Assembly: GCA_907165135.1 (NCBI GenBank)
Contig: OU015568.1
Span: 7,998,001-8,062,000, forward strand
Length of the DNA: 64,000 bases
Reading direction: 5' to 3'
Origin: Oikopleura dioica
Lineage: Eukaryota; Animalia; Chordata
Part shown: piece by piece, positions 48,171-64,000 of the stretch
Layout of the letters: each line of letters starts with the position of its first letter
How positions within the stretch are numbered: position 1 is the first letter of the stretch
Translations under genes and position numbers: made by a program
The notes under the pieces: model-generated
Database searches by the model: none
The model's input: the letters and a program-made list of their open reading frames with translations, nothing else
Told to the model about the DNA's origin: nothing

Positions 48171-51100
48171 CTAGACGGCCATAAAAATGCCAAAATTTTC
48201 TTTTGTCCAAACTATAGATCCGCTTCTTCAGACCTAAAATTCATCAACGTCATTGTCGAAAACTTTCAGTATCCAGCCTTGATCGATAGCGGCTGCACCC
48301 GAACTTGCATTAAAGACACCCTCCCTTTTGTTCGTAAAACAATAAGTTCTGATGTTGAACTCTTGGTCGCAAATGATGAAATAGTGCGCCCAAGAGTAAT
48401 GTGTTCGCCCGTCAAAATAACGGTTCCTTCTGATGATGGTAAATTTACCCTAGATCCCCTACCTTTGGTTGTTTCGAACCTATCTTGCCCAATAATTTTA
48501 GGACTTGACGTCTTAAAAAGCGTTTCTTTTGCGATGGTGAGAACTTTATCACCCTTGAAAAACGTCGGGTAAAAACAATTAACCCATCAATCTTCTCGAA
48601 ACAATCAACGAAAGTCTCAGCAATCATCGAGGTTGACCTAAACTCTGACCTTGAATCAAAATCGCTTGAGAACTTTCAATCAGTGCGGGAAGCACAAGCG
48701 AAAAGGGCGAATTTCATTCCTGAAATAGGAAATTACGGGGATGCTTCTCAAAATGAAAAACTTTCACTCCAGGGTCTTACCGAAAAATATAAACTTGCAT
48801 TTTCTATGTCACCAGATGACCTTGGCAAGTTACATGGATTCAGATTCGCGCTCCCAACGCATGACGAATCCCTGTCAAGCCACCAACCTCCTAGACCAAT
48901 TCCAGTTCACTTGCGTGACCAAGTTGAAACCGAAATCAACAACTGGAAAAATCTTGGAATCATAGAGGAGACCCAGTCCGATTTTAACATCCCCCTCATT
49001 ATTCTCAAAAAGCCCGATAAAACAATTCGAATTTCGCTTGATGCTCGTGGGTTAAACAAGCTTCTAAAGCTAGATCGGTTCCCACTTCCCCACATGCTAA
49101 CTGTAATGACTAGAATAGGTGAAAAACTAACAAAGGGAGATGCATGTTACATAAGTAGTCTTGATTACCACCGTGGCTACTGGCAAGTACAGTGCGCCTC
49201 ATCTGACTCACATAAACTTGCCTTCAGCTTTGGTAACAAGCACTACCAAGCAAACAGAATGCTTTATGGAACAGCAACAGCTCCGAGTGCGTTTTCAAGA
49301 ATTATGTCAAAACTCATGAACCATCCCTCGATCATCATTTATTTGGATGATTTGATTATTATTGACAATTCTTTCGAAAAACACCTCAAAACACTCGAAT
49401 TTATTTTCCAACAGTGCCAAAATCACGGACTTCTACTAAGCGCGAAAAAGTGCAATTTATGCATGCGCGAAACAGATTTCCTTGGGCACAGAATTTCGAG
49501 ACAGGGAATCCAACCATCAGATAAGCACATTGCAGCAATACAGAAAATTGCTGTACCAACATCTAGAAAAGAGCTTAAACGCTACTTGGGAATGGTTACT
49601 TTTAATGCAAAATATGTCAAAGACGCATCCATAATTCTTGCGCCTTTGTATGAGCTCACAAGCCTGAAGAAAGAATTCAACTGGACGAGTAAACACCAGC
49701 AGGCTTTCGAAATTATGAATCAAAAGCTCAAAGAAAAACCAACACTTGGCCATTTTAAACTCGGCGCGAAGCTTCTTCTCGTGACCGACAGCTCAGGGCG
49801 AAGTGTTGGCGGGACCCTCTACCAATATCAAAATGAAAAACTAGTGGTTATTGGTTACTTTTCAAAAGCTCTCACGGGTCCTGATCTGAAAAGAAGCATG
49901 CGGGTAAAGGAACTCTTTGCGTTAACTTGGGGAATCAAATATTTCGAGTTTTACCTCCTCAATACAGAGTTCGATTGTGTTGTAGACCACAAAAGCCTGC
50001 TCTTTCTTTTCAAGGAACAACAACAGTCCAACTTGGATATCAAACTCACCAATATCCACTGCTATCTCCAGCAGTTTGATTTCACAATCATCCACAAGCC
50101 GGGAAACAGCCCGATCATGGCAAGTGCGGATTACTTTTCTCGCCTTCCAAGATCAAAAAGCTCCGACTTAGAGGACGATTCGGTGAACTTTGAGCTCCTT
50201 CCAGAACGCGTCTGTATGTTCCATCTTATGAACAATGATGAAAATGAAGTTATTTTCTCTTTCGGTTCCGAGAAAATAACAAAAACAAAAATGAGGAAAT
50301 TGCAAAAAGAGTGCAACCTCACCAACAATAAGCTCATTAAAGTGGAGAAATACAAAAAATCAAGATTCACGCTCAAAGACGGAATCTTGTTCTCCAAAAA
50401 TAAACTTGTTATCCCAGACCAACTTGCAAATGAATTCATACAGTACCTGCACTGTATAACGGGACATGCTGGTGCGCAGCAATTAAGCCAAATGTGCCAA
50501 AAATTTTTCATTAGCAATATCCAAATGAAACTTAGAGCCGTAACAAGCTCTTGCCCCACTTGCATTCAATTTAAACCGATCAAAAAGCTCAAACCATCAA
50601 TGATCGAGCGACGCAACTTCGAGTCAGTTCCTTTTGAGAAAACTTTCCTCGACCTTGTCGACTATGGAAGAGTTGACTCATCCAATAAAAGGTATCTGCT
50701 GACTTGTTGCGACTCTCTTACTGGGTTTCTAGACGGTTTACCATTGGGAACCAAGAGTGACAAAACTGTCGCCCAAGCGATCCTCACTCTTGTTCTCAGA
50801 CACGGGATCACCGAGGTTGTTGTAACTGACAACGGGCGTGAATTTGGACCGCTTTGCAAGCAAATTTTCGAGCGATTCCAAATCCGCCACGTTACAACAA
50901 CTGCATACCGATCCTGTTCAAATGGGAAAGTTGAAAGAATCCATCGCGAGATTCACATTCAACTCAAACATTTGAATGCAAATGATCGCAATTGGTCACA
51001 AAAATGGGAGCAAGCTAAATACTATCTCAATAACCTACCAAAAGCGACACTAGATGGGCTCTCAAGTAATGAAGCTCTCTACGGTAGGCCTTTTCATGTT

Positions 51101-51550
51101 CCTTACAAAATTGGAACATCAAATGATGGTGCCAAAGAACCATTTATAAAAGCTCTTAATGGTTATATAAAACAATTGCACCCTGCGATCCAAGCGTTCC
51201 AGGTACAGAGGTACCAAAAACTCCTCCGAAAAGATAAAAATAATTGCCCAGTTCTTGAACTTGGTACCCAAGTGCTAGTCTGGAAACCAAATCTTTTTGA
51301 CGGGAAATTAGGTACAAACTGGAGCGGCCCATATTATGTTCATAAAAGAATCTCTAAAGATTCTTACATTCTTAAATGCTCACTCACACAACGTGAGTAC
51401 CGCCGACACATAAGTCTGATCCGACCTCTCAAAAATAAGATCGGCGACTCAACAAAATTCGTCTCGATCAATGACGAAAATGATCAATCATCCAATCCCG
51501 ATAAAAACTCAATTGTGTCTCAAAAGAAATCAAGGAAGACACCCAAATAA
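48171..51550 (+). CDS. pol: pol: protease, RT, RNase H, integrase
   Basis: LIDSGCT protease in the gag frame after TGA; 1-nt shift at ~48530; YLDD, VTDSS RNase H, H-x4-H...C-x2-C and D,D35E integrase motifs. Confidence 0.95.
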
Positions 51551-52347
51551 AAATTCAACTGCATCAAAAAAGAATGCAGAAACTAAAAAGATCCGAAAAA
51601 CAAAAATAATGATCCTGTTGCGCCCTCAAAAATGATCCTTCAAATTGGTCAAAACGATTACGACCCCGAAAATAAGTTCCTAAAAGAGGAGGGGAAGGGG
51701 AGAGATGCATTGTTGGTTTGCACTCTCATGAGCCCACTGTGAAGAGAGAGCTTGCTCTTGCTCTAAGTTTACATTTTTGGAAATCTTAATTTAGCGCCAT
51801 CTCAAAAGCACTAAAACTATTTTCAAAAATAGCGTGGAATGAGATATCTTGCTCTTGATATGTCCATGCACCCGTTTCATTCTAGATCCCTGATCGATCT
51901 CTAGAATTCGTTTACTAAGGGGGAGAAGTTATTACCGCCGGGACAACAATGCACTGAGTTAACCAACACCGTACCCTAGGAATGTAAAACGATTATCTTC
52001 TTGGACCTTCGATAAGAATTTCGACTGTATGCTGGAAGTCCATCACCACCCGCTTAAGCAACGTTCAATTTCAAGTGCCATGAGCCTGCATTAGCTCATG
52101 AAAAATATCCGTGGTAAGTCAGCTTAGTCAGCAGAAGGAACCTGCGATATCAAACCCTGCCACAGCCCGCACAGCACATTTGATGGCTACTGGACGCGTT
52201 GACCTCTACAACTGCTGGAGTCTGCTCCCAATGGCGCCAAACGGGTTCAGATTTACCTTCAGAAGCACGTTACACGACTACAGTAGAAGCGAAAATTGCC
52301 CGCTTCGCATGCAGCTTAGTACACGAAACCCGAGTAACATCCGATTC

Positions 52348-52670
52348 TGCTCGTGTGGAGAAGAACTGATGAAAGAGACTCAAATGCTTACAAAAGAAGC
52401 ACCAAAAATTATCACCAAACGAGTCTTCTCGTGTGGAGAAGAATTGGTGACTGCGATTCAAATGCTCACAGACAAAGCATCAAAACATCAAACGAGTCTT
52501 CTCGTGTGGAGAAGAATTGATGACTGCGATTCAAATGCTCACAGAAGAAGCATCAAAACATCAAACGAGTCTTCTCGTGTGGAGAAGAATTGATGACTGG
52601 AATCCAAATGCTTACAGAAGAAGCATCAAAACATCCGATTCTGCTCGCGTGGAGAAGAAACGATGAAAAC
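52348..52670 (+). repeat. Tandem repeat, ~73-bp unit, about 4.4 copies, inside the LTR element
   Basis: Unit tctcgtgtggagaagaattgatgactgcgattcaaatgctcacagaagaagcatcaaaacatcaaacgagtct at ~52348, 52427, 52500, 52573 and partial at 52642. Confidence 0.9.
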
Positions 52671-52689
52671 AATCTACAAAAGTAAGATA

Positions 52690-52810
52690 GCGCGGCAAAC
52701 AAATCGCCACGAGGCGCAAAGATCACAAAAGTAAGACTGCGCGGCAACCAAATTGCCATGAGGCGCAAAGATCACAAAATTAAGACTGCGCGGCCAACAA
52801 ATTGCCACCG
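52690..52810 (+). repeat. Tandem repeat, 49-bp unit, about 2.5 copies
   Basis: gcgcggcaaacaaatcgccacgaggcgcaaagatcacaaaagtaagact repeated. Confidence 0.85.
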
Positions 52811-52883
52811 TATTACTACTTATTTCCTGAGGCGTTATTCCATGATAAAGCTAATTCACAAAATCTGCCGAAGTTTTTTCAGA

Positions 52884-53813
52884 ATGCCAACCATGGGCGA
52901 CACAATGCGATATGACTTCTATCACTTCTACGATGGCAGCAATAAACAGATGTTTAACCGATACTGCCTCCCTTACCTATTCAATCTCCAAGTGGACGTT
53001 TCGATCCTGGACTCTGCGAAATGGAAAAGACTGTACGATGTGACAAACCTGATCCAACGAAGCAAACAAGTCTTCTACGATAGGTCAAACGAAGAAAGAA
53101 TCTACTTCACTGAAGGCGACTATCAACATGTTTTCGACTTCTGGAAAGAAGTTGTTGCCGGAGAACCACTGCTTACTTGGCTGGCGAAAACTGCTGCGAT
53201 CAATGAGGTTCTGCTGTGTCTTGAAATACCACAAAAGTATGGACCAATGGTACTTACAAAGTTCAAACAACAGTTCAACGCACGACGACGAGTATTCAAT
53301 GACCTTCGCACCTTCCGGACATTCGAAACCGAAGCAACTGAAGCAATTTCCTCACTGGATCAGTTTCTGAAAGAGTTAGCCCAGTTGTCGGAAAACTTAC
53401 ACCCGTCGCAAAGCTCAACCCATGATTTACACTCAGTCCTGAGCAACGCGCAATCAACGATGACCAACGCTGACCCGCCCTCTGATCCATCAACAATTAC
53501 AACTGCTTCCTTATCACCAAAGAATGCCGAGAGGATTTCAACTGAACTGTCAACAGAAGAAACACCAACAACAAGTGCCACCCAGATACCACCAGACCAG
53601 CCGATATTACAAGCAACCCTAGATAACCCATTCGATTTCGATTTGAACGACTGGCTCAAGAAACAAGAAAGCAACCCGCCTTTATACTCGACCAATTCAG
53701 CCGACCTAGACTCTCTATTCAGCAGCAGCACGCCGTACGATCAGTCTCCATCCAGCAATACAGTCCTTGGAGCGTCAGTGGATGACACGATTGATTTGAT
53801 CCGCAATGGATAA
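52884..53813 (+). CDS. LTR-element accessory ORF (309 aa), not Env-like
   Basis: ttttttcAG|aATG; intact frame up to 28 bp before the PPT. No signal peptide or TM segment; acidic S/T/P-rich C-terminus. Confidence 0.75.
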   Translation: MPTMGDTMRYDFYHFYDGSNKQMFNRYCLPYLFNLQVDVSILDSAKWKRLYDVTNLIQRSKQVFYDRSNEERIYFTEGDYQHVFDFWKEVVAGEPLLTWLAKTAAINEVLLCLEIPQKYGPMVLTKFKQQFNARRRVFNDLRTFRTFETEATEAISSLDQFLKELAQLSENLHPSQSSTHDLHSVLSNAQSTMTNADPPSDPSTITTASLSPKNAERISTELSTEETPTTSATQIPPDQPILQATLDNPFDFDLNDWLKKQESNPPLYSTNSADLDSLFSSSTPYDQSPSSNTVLGASVDDTIDLIRNG

Positions 53814-53854
53814 ATACAGGTGCAAAAGTCATAAATTCTAAGAAGGGGAGAATT

Positions 53855-54330
53855 TGTAGTGGTTATTACTATGCTGCGAATATGACTTTTGCAGCAAGTT
53901 CAAATCGAGCGCGCTCAATGGTCATAAAACCATTAGCGCGCGCATTTCAAAACCGCTCACCTCCAGCGCTGGCCCAGCATGGCCCATAAAACGATTACCG
54001 CCCTAGCCCACTACAAAATTTTACGACTACCTCCCTTTGTGGCTACTACCTACCGCTACCTCATTGGCTACCACCGACACGGTTGGTACCCATTGTTCTG
54101 AATACGGCTACCACCTACTGTCTATAAATAGCGCCTCATCCTTTTCTGTACACTCATACACTCATTCACCATTCACGCAAATCCACGAAAGCCCAAAAAG
54201 GGTAAAATACTGTTCTGCTCCTACTGACTGCTCTGTCAGTACAATAAACGCTCCGTAGTTGTTTCAACTACCCCCACAACAAAACGCGTTAGTCTCCAAC
54301 ATTTGTTATTGCATATATAAAAGCACTACA
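53855..54330 (+). repeat. 3' LTR
   Basis: Direct repeat of 46027-46502. Confidence 0.97.
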
Positions 54331-54359
54331 GTTATGAACGTTGATCTGAATGATCTGCT

Positions 54360-54650
54360 TTGGACAGAGTCGATTAAATAGGAGTAAAATTCTTCAGAGG
54401 GAAAGGTGGAGAACTTCGTCCGCTTTACATCTCCCATGGGAAGGAGGCGAGGATGAGCCAGCAGGCGAGAACAGCGTTGCAGAGGTTGATCTGGGGAGTT
54501 CTCGTGCAACTCGAGGGGTAACCTGGGGAGTTCGAAGGAGACCAGCTCGGGCCTACAAAAATACCGTTACTCGAGCCATTCTAGAGATAAAGGACTTACG
54601 CCGCCGGAGAGCTGTCGCATAGCGGGAACGGCCAATCGTCGGGCGATCAT
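54360..54650 (-). CDS. Small two-exon gene with mitochondrial-transit-like N-terminus, identity unresolved
   Basis: cAG..ATG 54650 MIARRLAVPAMRQLSGG followed by a 47-nt GT-AG intron. Downstream frame ambiguous. Confidence 0.4.
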
Positions 54651-54814
54651 GATTTCTCTGAAGAGAAAAGATATTTAGACAATGTTTGCTGTCGGAATTA
54701 GACATTAGGGCAGTAGAATAATCGCTAGAAAGAAAGGAAATTGGTCTAGGTTTCCAGAGGGTGAAACAGCAAAATACGATTTAGGAGCGAAGATTGAACA
54801 AGACGAAACACATT

Positions 54815-62456
<7,642 letters not shown>

Positions 62457-62799
62457 TTTCGATTGGCGACTCCGGTTTTCCGATGCCCGATTTCTGCCGA
62501 CTGACTCTAGAATTCCGCATTTAGCAGTACTTTCTCTCTCAGAGAATTTTTCAGAAAGGCAAATCTGATTTCGCAGCTCATGAAGTTGGATAAGAAGTTA
62601 CTTTCGATTACATAATTTTCATACGGTTATATCTCTAGAATTTCGCTCTTCGGAAAATCTCTAAAGATTCATCAAAATGTCTCTTAATCGTGTCTCAATC
62701 AAATTTCACGTAAATTTCGGTATCGGGAGGAATGCAGTGGGAGATAAGGAAAAAGGAAAGTTACGCTAGTGTTGTCTGAGAATTGAAGGATCGAGGCGG

Positions 62800-62842
62800 T
62801 GGCCAATCAAAATCGCGAGCCGGCCAAATGAGAGGCCAATCG
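62800..62842. promoter_or_regulatory. Paired CCAAT boxes in the divergent PRPF8/TMEM218 promoter
   Basis: Two ggccaatc motifs between head-to-head genes. Confidence 0.4.
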
Positions 62843-63322
62843 AGCGGGACGCTCTTGGGCGCGCGTTGTGCAATTCTCACGAATCGACGCGAAAATGAAG
62901 AGATTCGCGCCCAAGGAAGACATCCAATCTACTGAAAACACGCCTCTGGCCAGATCTCATTAATTTTGCCATAGAATCTTACCCAGATTGATAGATCGAA
63001 ATATTAATTTTTCAGTATCAAATACCTAAATCTTTTAGATTTTAATATTAATTAGTAATAAATATTTATTTTAATCGGTAAAATTAATTATTATTTAGCA
63101 GAAATAGAATTTATACATTATGAATTATGCATAATTATGGTGGAATAAAGAAAACCATGGATAAAAGCGTTTTAAAGTTCTCTCTTTTTAGAAATTGATG
63201 GTACATTTCCTCTGACATTACACTTTTCCCATGTAATACTGTGTTAATCTTTCAGTCACACTTTGCACGTGGCTTTTCGAACTACAGTAACTCGACTAAA
63301 GATTACAAGTAATCTTCCTAGA

Positions 63323-63838
63323 ATGATTGGCCCTGGAGTTTGGATCCTCATCGTTGCTTGGAGCCTCGCGCTCGTTGGGTTTCTCTTCTTCGTAAGAAAA
63401 ATGGCGTGATTCTGACTCTAGCGTTTCTTTTCAGAGCAGAGCAGAAAAGATGGTCTACGCGATATTTCTTCTCATGGTCGCCGTAGCCACTACGATTTTG
63501 CTTGCTGTACTGCCAGAGGAAAGCGCGAATCCGATCTCAAGAACAGTTGAAGAAGAGGAGACCAGTATCAATTCTATTTTGCAAATAGGTAATTATTTAA
63601 ATTCAAGATAGTACCCATAAAGTTCTCTATGTAAGAAAAAGTAAGAAATTAATAAATCGTCGGTCTTTGACTCAAGTTTTTAGATTTCCCCCTTTCTCAG
63701 ATGATACTCATGAGTTCAAATAAATTTTTAGTTTATATCATATTTGCTCCGACCGCACTTCTATCATCCTACGTCGCCTATTACTACACCACCGGGGTCA
63801 TTTCTCTCCGTCCGAAGCCGATCAACAAGCCCTGGTGA
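63323..63838 (+). CDS. TMEM218: TMEM218-like three-TM ciliary membrane protein
   Basis: MIGPGVWILIVAWSLALVGFLFF|SRAEK...LLAVLP...|VYIIFAP...PINKPW resembles the TMEM218 topology and motifs. Confidence 0.65.
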
Positions 63839-63942
63839 ATCATTCTTCTTTGCTCAATGTACAAAACACTTGTTTTATTTTTCTACCTGTTTCAAATCTA
63901 TTCTTTTTTTAACGATTCGTGTGTAATTTTTTTATCGCAGAA

Positions 63943-64000
63943 ATGGAGGGGATCGAAATGGACGTAGACTATGAGCGAGACAGGCAGAAAGAAAAAGAGG
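63943..64000 (+). CDS. Start of next gene (truncated by window edge)
   Basis: ttttatcgcAG|aaATG MEGIEMDVDYERDRQKEKE, about 100 bp after the TMEM218 stop. Confidence 0.5.
   Translation, partial: MEGIEMDVDYERDRQKEKE

Larger units (their letters stand above)
46027..54330 (+). mobile_element. Ty3/gypsy LTR retrotransposon (Tor-like), full length, recent
   Basis: 476-bp TG..CA LTRs with no difference seen by eye, 4-bp TSD gtta, PBS-like tggtgac after the 5' LTR, PPT agaaggggagaa before the 3' LTR, gag and PR-RT-RH-IN order. Confidence 0.97.

Noticed and set aside
46920-48540. Four frameshifts in gypsy gag/pro as programmed recoding or decay
   Set aside because: Each is repaired by adding a base or two to a short A or T run while the LTRs look identical. 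This is typical of long-read homopolymer error; a similar case occurs near the WD40 start (~27545). Needs read-level checking.
51600-52600. env gene of the LTR element
   Set aside because: No continuous ORF, signal peptide or TM anchor; ORF 52111-52593 is largely translation of the tandem repeat.
46209-54258. Identical 73-aa ORFs at 46209 and 54037
   Set aside because: They are incidental frames inside the two LTRs.

Overview
Eukaryotic, very compact genomic DNA: ~35-70 nt introns, some GA-AG or GC-AG introns, and operon-like same-strand gene clusters with an AG acceptor just before each ATG. This architecture is most consistent with the appendicularian tunicate Oikopleura (inference). (1) 1-12909 is the right part of a >12.9 kb tyrosine-recombinase retroelement of PAT/DIRS type. 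It has RT-RNaseH-methyltransferase-like pol, a YR gene and a split-direct-repeat-like 3' end. Unusually, it also carries at least five extra same-strand ORFs, about 13-16 short A-rich spliceosomal-type introns (several inside RT, MT and YR), and a strong GANTC enrichment. (2) 12.9-19 kb holds a secreted Cys-rich host gene abutting the element, a nested hAT/foldback/piggyBac non-autonomous stack and a decayed remnant. (3) 19.4-28.6 kb is a plus-strand operon-like cluster: DnaJ, an unknown gene, SENP, divergent TRPT1, NDUFA12 and MARC with a nested antisense WD40 gene. (4) 28.7-43.6 kb holds a multi-Kazal gene, a divergent GATA factor, a Q-rich gene, an M1 aminopeptidase and a TM/kelch-like gene. 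(5) 43.8-62.5 kb is a minus-strand PRPF8 - small ORF - MDH2 cluster. It is interrupted by a young 8.3 kb Ty3/gypsy LTR element and by a 961 bp hAT-type MITE that can be spliced out in frame as an intron of MDH2. (6) TMEM218-like gene and the start of another gene. Exon structures were derived by hand; scattered 1-nt homopolymer frameshifts probably include assembly errors.
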